Numbered from the stretch's first letter, positions 1-6,964 are shown. The stretch is DNA of 20,000 nucleotides from an uncultured virus (IMG/VR IMGVR_UViG_3300006737_000026) (IMGVR_UViG_3300006737_000026), one strand, 5' to 3'. Made by a program: numbers and translations. The notes: generated by a model not told the origin, from the sequence alone.

Positions 1-102
1 GGACAACAAAACGCACCTCAAGAAACGGAGATTGAAAGTTATGTCGTCGGAGGAATCAAACAAGATGTCACAGCAAACTCCTTCGCTGGATTCAGTTTAT
101 GA
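1..102 (+). CDS. nrdB: Ribonucleotide reductase class Ia beta subunit, C-terminal fragment (runs in from the left edge)
   Basis: Frame 1 reads GQQNAPQETEIESYVVGGIKQDVTANSFAGFSL*, the typical NrdB C-terminal tail (APQExEIxSY..G.I). Confidence 0.9.
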   Translation, partial: GQQNAPQETEIESYVVGGIKQDVTANSFAGFSL

Positions 103-208
103 TGACCTGCTAGATGCAGGTAATGAGATCGGTCCAGATGTGACAGACATGCTCTGGACCGCTGCTAAAAAAGAATCATTGAGAAAACATAAAAATGTAT
201 CACAATGA
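65..208 (+). CDS. Small hypothetical protein (47 aa) overlapping the nrdB 3' end
   Basis: Manual translation MSQQTPSLDSVYDDLLDAGNEIGPDVTDMLWTAAKKESLRKHKNVSQ*; GGAGG lies about 12 nt upstream. Below the ORF-track cutoff. Confidence 0.5.
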   Translation: MSQQTPSLDSVYDDLLDAGNEIGPDVTDMLWTAAKKESLRKHKNVSQ

Positions 209-232
209 ACTACTGGATATAAAAATCCATGC

Positions 233-240
233 TATAAATA
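233..240 (+). promoter_or_regulatory. T4-type late promoter TATAAATA
   Basis: Exact gp55 consensus, upstream of the riboswitch-like RNA and followed by hairpin TGTGATG-GATT-CATCACA (245-262). Confidence 0.75.
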
Positions 241-266
241 GTATTGTGATGGATTCATCACATATA

Positions 267-486
267 CGTTCATCCCTTCGGGGACGCAAGTAAGTCGCGG
301 AACGGAGCGTTCATCCCATGCTTGAGTTTTTACTCTACACTACACTCACATGTTCTCAGTCTGAGGCACTAGTGTTAAGGATTGAAAAACACCTCAACCT
401 GGACCCTGAGGTTCAGTTAGAGTTAGTTGAGACCGTAAAGGAATCAGCACCCGAGTGTTATTGGGACGCACACGACTGAAGGAACG
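267..486 (+). ncRNA. Glutamine riboswitch-like RNA (glnA / Downstream-peptide family), double-aptamer form
   Basis: CGTTCATCCC-TTCG-GGGACGCAAGTA-AGTCG (267-297), GAACG (300-304), second CGTTCATCCC (308-317) ... GGGACGCACA-CGACT-GAAG-GAACG (463-486). CGUUC/GAACG P1, AGUA/GAA E-loop and a downstream DUF4278-like gene all fit glutamine riboswitches. Confidence 0.75.
318..479 (+). CDS. Small hypothetical protein (53 aa) nested inside the riboswitch-like RNA
   Basis: MLEFLLYTTLTCSQSEALVLRIEKHLNLDPEVQLELVETVKESAPECYWDAHD*; GGAG at 304-307 is a plausible SD; two Cys. Confidence 0.7.
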   Translation: MLEFLLYTTLTCSQSEALVLRIEKHLNLDPEVQLELVETVKESAPECYWDAHD

Positions 487-522
487 GGGGACTGCAAACC
501 CTAACTCTTCAGGAGAAGACTC

Positions 523-690
523 ATGAACACACTTACACAGATCCGTAAGCAAATTCAGAAAGCAGCACGTCTGCACGATGCTCAGATTCATCACACTACA
601 TATCGTGGTGTGGAATATGACACACGTTGTGTAGAGAACAAGGAGACCCACGGGACTTTCTGCTATCGTGGAAAAACTTACACCAAATAA
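523..690 (+). CDS. DUF4278-like small protein (55 aa)
   Basis: MNTLTQIRKQIQKAARLHDAQIHHTTYRGVEYDTRCVENKETHGTFCYRGKTYTK*; two YRGxxY motifs typical of DUF4278; SD AGGAG at 511-515. Confidence 0.8.
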   Translation: MNTLTQIRKQIQKAARLHDAQIHHTTYRGVEYDTRCVENKETHGTFCYRGKTYTK

Positions 691-714
691 TCTTAACTAT
701 GTTAAGATGATAAC

Positions 715-739
715 AAAGCACCCACATGGGTGCTTTTTT
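715..739 (+). terminator. Intrinsic terminator after the DUF4278-like gene
   Basis: AAAGCACCC-ACAT-GGGTGCTTT followed by a T run. Confidence 0.8.
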
Positions 740-775
740 GGTATAATAAATATTGACAAACTATACAGGAGAGTC

Positions 776-1432
776 ATGAAAATCTTTCTGGACTGTTCTG
801 ATCCCGAGCTCATCGCTCAAGCATACGAGACTGGTTTAATCGACGGAGTTACTACAAACCCCAGTCTCATGTTGAAAGCAGGCGAAGACCCTAAGAGTAT
901 TATCAAGGAAATTTCTCACATTTTTCCTTGGAACTCTTCGGTATCTGCTGAAGTAGTCGGAGAGACTGCTGAGGAAATGCTAGACATGGCAGAAGACTTC
1001 ATCGAGATCGGACCAAACATTACAATCAAAGTACCATGCACACCCGAAGGTCTAAGGGCGTGTTATGAATTAACAACCAATGAAATCAGTGTTAACGTCA
1101 CTCTGATATTCAGTTCAGCACAAGCAATACTCGCTTCTAAGGCAGGTGCAACATACGTTTCACCTTTCGTGGGTAGAGTATATGACCAATCATTTGACGG
1201 TAATCAACTAATTGAGGAGATTGCAGATGTCTATGCTACACATCAGGCGAAGACCCAAGTCCTTGCTGCATCGATTAGGGATGTTCACCAAGTATCCTCT
1301 GCTTTTAGAGTGGGAGCTGATATTTGCACTATCCCTATTACCATTTTTGATAAGATGTACAAGCATGTTCTCACTGACAAAGGGTTAGAACAATTCGATA
1401 AAGATTGGAAATCCCTTCAGGAGAAAATTTAA
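776..1432 (+). CDS. talC: Transaldolase TalC (cyanophage auxiliary metabolic gene)
   Basis: MKIFLD start, GVTTNPS, Schiff-base Lys in IKVP, NVTLIFS, YVSPFVGR, LAASIR. Glu in SAEVV and Phe in SPFVGR favour transaldolase over FSA. Start at ATG 776 after AGGAG, not the track's 668; AATAAATA late-promoter-like site at 745-752. Confidence 0.95.
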   Translation: MKIFLDCSDPELIAQAYETGLIDGVTTNPSLMLKAGEDPKSIIKEISHIFPWNSSVSAEVVGETAEEMLDMAEDFIEIGPNITIKVPCTPEGLRACYELTTNEISVNVTLIFSSAQAILASKAGATYVSPFVGRVYDQSFDGNQLIEEIADVYATHQAKTQVLAASIRDVHQVSSAFRVGADICTIPITIFDKMYKHVLTDKGLEQFDKDWKSLQEKI

Positions 1433-1596
1433 TGCCGAGAGGACAAGTGAAGAAGGACGAAATGGAAGTCCGAGTTCTTAAAATTAAGAATCAATTATAT
1501 GATGGTTCTTACTCTGCTAAAAATCATGAGTGGCATGATGGAGCACATCATGCACTCAATGAGGTATTAAATATTTTACAAGAGTACCGCTCATGA
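1432..1596 (+). CDS. Hypothetical cyanophage protein (54 aa)
   Basis: MPRGQVKKDE...; TAATG overlap with the talC stop. Confidence 0.7.
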   Translation: MPRGQVKKDEMEVRVLKIKNQLYDGSYSAKNHEWHDGAHHALNEVLNILQEYRS

Positions 1597-1757
1597 ATAA
1601 AAAAAACTTAAAAGTTCTAATACAAGACCTTGAGTTTGCAATTGCCGAACTTAAGGCAGAAGTTTACGCCGATGCCTCTGCTTACATAGATAAGAGTAGC
1701 GAGCGCATAGCGGCTAGATACATTGACCAAAACGACGACGACGGAGACCCCGACTAA
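1593..1757 (+). CDS. Hypothetical cyanophage protein (54 aa)
   Basis: Manual translation MNKKNLKVLIQDLEFAIAELKAEVYADASAYIDKSSERIAARYIDQNDDDGDPD*; ATGA overlap with the previous stop. Confidence 0.7.
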   Translation: MNKKNLKVLIQDLEFAIAELKAEVYADASAYIDKSSERIAARYIDQNDDDGDPD

Positions 1758-2178
1758 TTATGAAAACCCCTGGATTTTTAATGGAACCCCTTTTCTATCT
1801 GAGAACATTGACGACCATTTCGGTTTTGTCTATTGCATTACAAACACACTTACTGGTAAAAGGTACATCGGAAGAAAATACTTTCACCAACTACGAAAAC
1901 CTAGAGGTGGTGGTAGGAGAGTTCAAAGTGAAAGCGACTGGAAAAAATACTACGGAAGCTCTCGTGAACTTACTGAAGATCGCAAACGGTACGGAAATCT
2001 GGTCTTCAAACGGGACATATTAAGCCTACATAAGAGCAAGGGACTCACAAACTTTGAAGAGACCCGCCAACTTTTTATCAACAACGTACTTACGGAGAGC
2101 ATGGACGATGGGACACCTGCATACTACAACAGCAATATCCTTGGTCGGTACATGCGAAAAGATTATTTCAAGCCTTGA
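1723..2178 (+). CDS. GIY-YIG family nuclease-like protein
   Basis: GFVYCITN...KRYIGRK motif pair, WKKYYGSS, conserved Glu and C-terminal YYNSNI; TTG start is uncertain. Confidence 0.75.
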   Translation: MTKTTTTETPTNYENPWIFNGTPFLSENIDDHFGFVYCITNTLTGKRYIGRKYFHQLRKPRGGGRRVQSESDWKKYYGSSRELTEDRKRYGNLVFKRDILSLHKSKGLTNFEETRQLFINNVLTESMDDGTPAYYNSNILGRYMRKDYFKP

Positions 2179-2203
2179 CCGCTGCTAATTCATCTGTTAT
2201 AAT
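2175..2203 (+). promoter_or_regulatory. Sigma70-like (early) promoter
   Basis: TTGACC-N17-TATAAT with TG extension. Confidence 0.75.
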
Positions 2204-2230
2204 TCAGAGGTAGTCAAGGGAGTCTTCCAA

Positions 2231-2418
<188 letters not shown>

Positions 2419-2461
2419 TTGTCCCTTTGGGACACACTGGTCCATTATAAGGTAAAATCTT

Positions 2462-2674
2462 ATGACTACAGCACAAAAGTTCTCGTCTGTTGTTGGTATT
2501 CTATATGATGCCATTGATCGACAAGTGACACTTGACATCGAGTATCCTATTCTTTATAATAAAGTATTGAAATTCTATGAGGAGAAAGGTGTTGATTTTT
2601 ATGGTGATGTAGATGAGGATTATGACATTCTCCTCAACAAACTTGAACAGGACCTATTTTATTATGAAACCTGA
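2462..2674 (+). CDS. Hypothetical protein (70 aa)
   Basis: ORF track; AAGG SD; packed with neighbouring genes. Confidence 0.7.
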   Translation: MTTAQKFSSVVGILYDAIDRQVTLDIEYPILYNKVLKFYEEKGVDFYGDVDEDYDILLNKLEQDLFYYET

Positions 2675-2909
2675 AGTTCTTCTAGAACGCTTCCCCTATC
2701 GTTATGTTCAGTCTGGGACGATCGAACTCAATGGTCGTCCTGACTATCGAATTCAAAAGTTCGATGAATGGACAAAGCGTTACAAAGACATGTATCTCCT
2801 AGACAATTCAATTCAATTGGATTATGCTATGGAGGACTTTGAATACACGAAATGGTTAGACCCTGCTCGTGTCCCATGTTACATTCGCGATACCGTTACT
2901 TCCTCATGA
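2664..2909 (+). CDS. Hypothetical cyanophage protein (81 aa)
   Basis: MKPEVLLERFPYRYVQSGTIELNGRPDYRIQK...; start refined to ATG 2664. Confidence 0.75.
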   Translation: MKPEVLLERFPYRYVQSGTIELNGRPDYRIQKFDEWTKRYKDMYLLDNSIQLDYAMEDFEYTKWLDPARVPCYIRDTVTSS

Positions 2910-3208
2910 ACCCTTACTTGCAAGCAGTCAAAGCACTTGAAAATTGTGTCAAAGATGCTATGGAAAACAATGTTGATGCCAATACTCAAAGCGAGATTTG
3001 GCGACACTACCAAGGCATGAAGGCGATTGATAAGCAAATCGGTCGTACATCCAACTACAGTATCTCTACTAGTGGTAATGATACGATTTCATTTGATTAT
3101 GATGGGATTGTGGCAGGGCAACCTGTTAACTTTTCCTCAGTCGGTCAGGATGTGATTACCTTTGGTGATTACAGTGATTACAAAAGTCAGGAGTATCGTC
3201 CTGACTAG
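2906..3208 (+). CDS. Hypothetical protein (100 aa)
   Basis: MNPYLQAVKALENCVK...; ATGA overlap with the previous stop. Confidence 0.7.
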   Translation: MNPYLQAVKALENCVKDAMENNVDANTQSEIWRHYQGMKAIDKQIGRTSNYSISTSGNDTISFDYDGIVAGQPVNFSSVGQDVITFGDYSDYKSQEYRPD

Positions 3209-3321
3209 TCTTTCCCAATAGACTTTAAACTAGATGGGTTTTGACTGGATGACAGTCGCCTATAACCAAGGAGTTTGCTCGTTCTTCAGCAAAATGAGAT
3301 GGTGGAGTCAATGACCCATTT
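3207..3321 (+). ncRNA. Structured RNA, manA-motif-like (compact)
   Basis: AGTCT/AGACT hairpin followed by TTAAAC; outer AGATGGGT/ACCCATTT and TGACT/AGTCA pairings; GGAG/CTTC stem with CTCGTT/AATGAG pseudoknot; TGGTGGAGTCAATGACCC. Resembles cyanophage manA RNA from memory; not searched. Confidence 0.55.
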
Positions 3322-3323
3322 AC

Positions 3324-3348
3324 AAGGACCCATAATGGGTCCTTTTTT
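3324..3348 (+). terminator. Intrinsic terminator
   Basis: AAGGACCCA-TAA-TGGGTCCTT followed by TTTT. Confidence 0.85.
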
Positions 3349-3380
3349 ATTGGATTCAAAATCTTAATATTTGAAAGTGC

Positions 3381-3409
3381 TTGACAATTGTAAAAAAATT
3401 ATATATAAT
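3381..3409 (+). promoter_or_regulatory. Consensus sigma70 promoter for the hli operon
   Basis: TTGACA-N17-TATAAT, perfect consensus. Confidence 0.85.
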
Positions 3410-3432
3410 GTAACAGTTCTTCACACATTAAC

Positions 3433-3642
3433 ATGACAGTTACAACAAACGACTCAGGTCAAACAAATATGTGGGCAAGAGAAACCCAACCATGGATTTC
3501 TCAAACCGATGCAGAACGCTACGGATACCAGACACATGCTGAGAAGGCAGAACTCTGGAACGGACGTACTGCAATGATGGGTTTTGTTGCGGCCTTGATT
3601 TCTTACGCATTTACTGGTAAACTGTTTTTTGGAGTTCTCTAA
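3433..3642 (+). CDS. hli: High-light-inducible protein (69 aa)
   Basis: AELWNGRTAMMGF chlorophyll-binding motif (ExxNGRxAMxG) and one TM helix. Confidence 0.92.
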   Translation: MTVTTNDSGQTNMWARETQPWISQTDAERYGYQTHAEKAELWNGRTAMMGFVAALISYAFTGKLFFGVL

Positions 3643-3662
3643 TCCATTAAATAGATTTTACC

Positions 3663-4154
3663 ATGGCACAAATCCCTGAAGTAACTTTTCAAACCTTTGA
3701 CAAGGGATGGGGTTCATTCTCATCTCTCGACATCATCCAAGACAAAAGGATCGTTATCTTTGCACTACCTGGAGCATTCACTCCTATCTGTAGCAACCTG
3801 ATGCTTCCCGCTTATGAAGAAGCATATGATGAGATCCTTGATCAAATGATTGATGAAGTCTATTGTCTCTCTGTCAATGACTGCTTTGTTATGAACGCTT
3901 GGTTTGATCAGATGGGTATCGAAAAAGTCAAATCTATTGCTGACGGGAATGGTGAATTCACGAATGCAATGGGTATGTCGATTCCCAAGACAAATAGGGG
4001 ATTCGGATTCCGTTCTTGGAGATATGCTATGGTGGTCGATAACGGAGAAATTGAAATGACTTTTGTGGAAGACGGAAGGATGGGTAACTGTCCCTCTGAT
4101 CCATACTTGGTTAGCGATCCTTCGACCGTCCTGAAGTATCTTAAGAGTAAGTAA
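3663..4154 (+). CDS. Peroxiredoxin, PRX5/redoxin type
   Basis: LPGAFTPICS (PxxxTxxC), SVND.FVMNAW, ADGNGEFT, RSWRYAMVVDNG. Confidence 0.9.
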   Translation: MAQIPEVTFQTFDKGWGSFSSLDIIQDKRIVIFALPGAFTPICSNLMLPAYEEAYDEILDQMIDEVYCLSVNDCFVMNAWFDQMGIEKVKSIADGNGEFTNAMGMSIPKTNRGFGFRSWRYAMVVDNGEIEMTFVEDGRMGNCPSDPYLVSDPSTVLKYLKSK

Positions 4155-4303
4155 TGCCTAATCCTGACCAACTGTACATTGATATGCAGAAGCTCGACGA
4201 TATGTACGAAGAGCTACTCTGGCATCCAGACGACGAACTACAATTTACTCACGATGGTACTCGTATCATCATCACTAACAAAACACTAGAGGAAAAACAA
4301 TGA
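4154..4303 (+). CDS. Small hypothetical protein (49 aa)
   Basis: MPNPDQLYIDMQKLDDMYEELLWHPDDELQFTHDGTRIIITNKTLEEKQ*; TAATG and ATGA overlaps at both ends. Confidence 0.7.
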   Translation: MPNPDQLYIDMQKLDDMYEELLWHPDDELQFTHDGTRIIITNKTLEEKQ

Positions 4304-4407
4304 ACGAAAACGCAGAACGCATTAATGGTTGGGCAGCAATGCTCGGCGTGATCGCAGCAATGGGATCTTATGCAACTACAGGTCAAATCATTCCTGGCAT
4401 TTGGTGA
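4300..4407 (+). CDS. hli: High-light-inducible protein, minimal (35 aa)
   Basis: MNENAERINGWAAMLGVIAAMGSYATTGQIIPGIW*: AExxNGxxAMLG plus the TGQIIPGxW tail of multicopy/phage Hli; SD GAGG. Missed by the ORF track. Confidence 0.92.
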   Translation: MNENAERINGWAAMLGVIAAMGSYATTGQIIPGIW

Positions 4408-4411
4408 TCAC

Positions 4412-4549
4412 ATGACATTAGAAGTCGGTCAAACGATCATATTTTGTTTGACACCTTTCTTTTTCATGTTACTCTTTATTCAAACAGAGGATGATGACGA
4501 TCAAGGTGGTGATGGTGGGATAATGATGCCCGCCTACAGTCCAACATAA
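4412..4549 (+). CDS. Small single-TM protein with acidic/Gly tail (45 aa)
   Basis: MTLEVGQTIIFCLTPFFFMLLFIQTEDDDDQGGDGGIMMPAYSPT*. Confidence 0.65.
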   Translation: MTLEVGQTIIFCLTPFFFMLLFIQTEDDDDQGGDGGIMMPAYSPT

Positions 4550-4568
4550 GTTGTTTACAAAAACAATC

Positions 4569-4649
4569 ATGGCACTTTTAGTAACAGCATCAATCTTGCT
4601 TGCCACCTTCGTAGGTGGCGCGATGGCAACGCAATCAGGAGAGGAGTAA
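4569..4649 (+). CDS. Very small hydrophobic peptide (26 aa)
   Basis: MALLVTASILLATFVGGAMATQSGEE*; A-rich leader; stop codon lies in the terminator loop. Confidence 0.5.
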   Translation: MALLVTASILLATFVGGAMATQSGEE

Positions 4650-4663
4650 TCCTCTCTTTTTTT
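4638..4663 (+). terminator. Intrinsic terminator closing the hli operon
   Basis: GGAGAGGA-GTAA-TCCTCTCT followed by a T run. Confidence 0.75.
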
Positions 4664-4695
4664 ATACATAATTATGTTGAGAAGCAAATCAAATC

Positions 4696-4893
4696 ATGTC
4701 CAGAGATCCTAATAACACATCCCGTTGGGTTGCAACTCGTCGCACTGAGGACAAACAGATTGAGTATCTTGTGTCACATGCTACCTGGTCACCCGACAAA
4801 CGATTCGCTAAGGTGTTCGATGCCCAGTCAGAGGCAAGAAAATACATGAAAGAGTCTGGACTCAAGGGCACAGTACGAAAATTCGTGCTATAA
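4696..4893 (+). CDS. Hypothetical basic protein (65 aa)
   Basis: ORF track; same strand as neighbours and fills the gap. Confidence 0.65.
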   Translation: MSRDPNNTSRWVATRRTEDKQIEYLVSHATWSPDKRFAKVFDAQSEARKYMKESGLKGTVRKFVL

Positions 4894-4917
4894 TACTAGG
4901 GTAAGCACCTTCCCACT

Positions 4918-5307
4918 ATGATCTTAGAAACAATTCTGGCTCTCAGTGCAGTTGATTATGATCACCTGGCTCGCACTGTGCAGGTAGAGGCAGCACCTAA
5001 CACCATGGATGAATTCTGCGTGGCAGTATCTGTCCTGAATCGTGTTAGATCGCCATACTACCCCAATAACGTTGCTGATGTAGTGTATGCACCTGGTCAG
5101 TATGAAGGATTCAACTACTGGAGACCTGCTGCAAAAGCATCTGTTATAAACCGTCTGAAGAATAAGGATAATCTTCTTAAAGCATATTCTATTATTGGAG
5201 ATCGTACCGATTTCAAAGGACAGTCCCAACTTCCTTGGCGTGTAGCATCGGAAGATCCGATGTGTCACGAGCGAGGTAATTTCTTTCACTATCACTGGCA
5301 ATCATGA
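4918..5307 (+). CDS. SleB/Hydrolase_2-family cell wall hydrolase
   Basis: LARTVQVEA (catalytic Glu), AVSVLNRV.SP.YPNNV.DVVYAPGQY, GNFFHY. Confidence 0.85.
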   Translation: MILETILALSAVDYDHLARTVQVEAAPNTMDEFCVAVSVLNRVRSPYYPNNVADVVYAPGQYEGFNYWRPAAKASVINRLKNKDNLLKAYSIIGDRTDFKGQSQLPWRVASEDPMCHERGNFFHYHWQS

Positions 5308-5657
5308 TCAGGATTAGAGCAATCAGAAACCTTTTTAATCTGTCTCAACCAGAGGCAGAAGAGTATCAGGAGCAGGCAATCATCGATGTTGATGACGATG
5401 GTCTAGACTACGAAGATCAGTATTACACTGGCGTTCCTGCTGCTCCATATCTTGTTCCTGACCCTTGGTTTGGTAATGAAGCACCTCCTTATACGGAGAA
5501 GCAACTTGATTACATGGAGAAAGAAACTGAAATCAAAAAGCAAGACGAAGCACGTCGTGAAGAATCAGGTGAAGAACCTGTTAACATTCACGAAGTGATG
5601 TACGAGATTGCGACAAAGAACACCCCTGAGTTAGGTGGTTCTGAAAACCTTTTTTAG
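5304..5657 (+). CDS. Hypothetical acidic protein (117 aa)
   Basis: ORF track; ATGA overlap with the upstream stop. Confidence 0.7.
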   Translation: MIRIRAIRNLFNLSQPEAEEYQEQAIIDVDDDGLDYEDQYYTGVPAAPYLVPDPWFGNEAPPYTEKQLDYMEKETEIKKQDEARREESGEEPVNIHEVMYEIATKNTPELGGSENLF

Positions 5658-5680
5658 GTACAACTACTCAAAATTTTCAC

Positions 5681-5714
5681 TTGACGGGTTTCCCGTACTG
5701 TGTTAATATAAATA
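5681..5714 (+). promoter_or_regulatory. Overlapping early and late promoters of psbA
   Basis: TTGACG-N17-TAATAT (5681-5709) overlapped by TATAAATA (5707-5714). Confidence 0.75.
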
Positions 5715-5745
5715 CATGAACGAATGAGGGTTTCCTCACTTTCAC

Positions 5746-5850
5746 CCACGCCTCACCAAGACTAAACAGCGTGGTAAAATAATAGTCTTTCATACCTCTG
5801 CTTAGGGTGCAGAGGAATAGTAACTCCACCATTACCCTGATGGTCTTACT
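5746..5850 (+). ncRNA. PhotoRC-II-like structured psbA leader
   Basis: CCACGC/GCGTGG stem with AAGACTA/TAGTCTT pseudoknot; CCTCTGC-TTAGGGT-GCAGAGG and ACCAT-TACCCTG-ATGGT hairpins with complementary loops; directly upstream of psbA. Confidence 0.75.
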
Positions 5851-5863
5851 TATTTCAAATACA

Positions 5864-6946
5864 ATGGCTCAAACTACTCTTACACGCCAACAGGGCGTGT
5901 CTAACTGGGAACAGTTTTGCGAGTGGGTAACCTCAACAAACAACCGCCTCTATGTGGGTTGGTTCGGCGTGTTGATGATCCCAACTCTGCTTGCTGCTAC
6001 CATTTGCTTCATCGTCGCATTCATCGCGGCTCCTCCTGTCGACATCGATGGGATTCGTGAACCAGTTGCTGGTTCTCTCATGTACGGTAACAACATCATT
6101 TCTGGTGCTGTTGTCCCTAGTTCCAACGCAATTGGACTTCACTTCTACCCCATCTGGGAAGCTGCTTCCCTAGATGAATGGTTGTACAACGGTGGTCCAT
6201 ATCAATTGGTAGTCTTCCACTTCCTCATTGGCGTCTTCTGCTATATGGGTCGTGAATGGGAACTGTCCTATCGTCTGGGTATGCGTCCCTGGATCTGCGT
6301 TGCCTACAGCGCACCTGTCGCTGCTGCTTCTGCAGTCTTCCTCGTTTATCCTTTCGGTCAAGGTTCTTTCTCTGATGGCATGCCTCTTGGTATCTCTGGT
6401 ACTTTTAACTATATGCTTGTATTCCAAGCAGAACACAATATCCTTATGCACCCGTTCCATATGCTCGGTGTTGCTGGGGTATTCGGTGGATCTCTTTTCT
6501 CTGCTATGCATGGAAGTCTTGTTACTTCCTCACTCGTCCGCGAGACAACTGAAACAGAGAGTCAGAACTACGGTTATAAGTTCGGACAAGAGGAGGAAAC
6601 CTACAACATCGTTGCTGCACACGGCTACTTCGGTCGTTTGATCTTCCAATACGCTTCATTCAACAACAGCAGAAGTCTTCACTTCTTCCTTGCTGCATGG
6701 CCTGTGATTGGTATCTGGTTTACTGCACTTGGTGTTAGCACCATGGCATTCAACCTGAACGGTTTCAACTTCAACCAGTCCATTCTGGACAACAACGGTC
6801 ACGTTCTCCCCACCTGGGCAGACGTTCTGAACCGTGCTGGTCTGGGTATGGAAGTAATGCATGAGCGTAATGCTCACAACTTCCCACTCGACCTTGCTGC
6901 TGCTGAGAGCACGCCTGTCGCACTCCTGGCACCTAGCATCGGTTGA
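5864..6946 (+). CDS. psbA: Photosystem II reaction centre protein D1
   Basis: [39 protein letters not shown]; uninterrupted; YMGREWE (E130 form); start refined to ATG 5864. Confidence 0.99.
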   Translation: MAQTTLTRQQGVSNWEQFCEWVTSTNNRLYVGWFGVLMIPTLLAATICFIVAFIAAPPVDIDGIREPVAGSLMYGNNIISGAVVPSSNAIGLHFYPIWEAASLDEWLYNGGPYQLVVFHFLIGVFCYMGREWELSYRLGMRPWICVAYSAPVAAASAVFLVYPFGQGSFSDGMPLGISGTFNYMLVFQAEHNILMHPFHMLGVAGVFGGSLFSAMHGSLVTSSLVRETTETESQNYGYKFGQEEETYNIVAAHGYFGRLIFQYASFNNSRSLHFFLAAWPVIGIWFTALGVSTMAFNLNGFNFNQSILDNNGHVLPTWADVLNRAGLGMEVMHERNAHNFPLDLAAAESTPVALLAPSIG

Positions 6947-6964
6947 TATAGGTTACATACAACT

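Noticed and set aside
394..651. 85-aa minus-strand ORF from the track
   Set aside because: Antisense shadow of two better-supported + strand small genes and the riboswitch-like RNA.
691..707. Inverted repeat TCTTAAC-TAT-GTTAAGA after the DUF4278-like stop
   Set aside because: Short AT-rich hairpin next to the real terminator; no independent evidence of function.
668..775. N-terminal extension of TalC in the ORF track
   Set aside because: Spans a terminator and promoter; the MKIFLD start with an SD is at 776.
1723..2178. GIY-YIG gene as a mobile homing endonuclease next to a tRNA
   Set aside because: Only a catalytic-size domain with no evident DNA-binding extension or intron context; mobility cannot be supported.
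4569..4649. Calling the 26-aa peptide PetM/PetN
   Set aside because: Only size and hydrophobicity match; no recognisable conserved residues.
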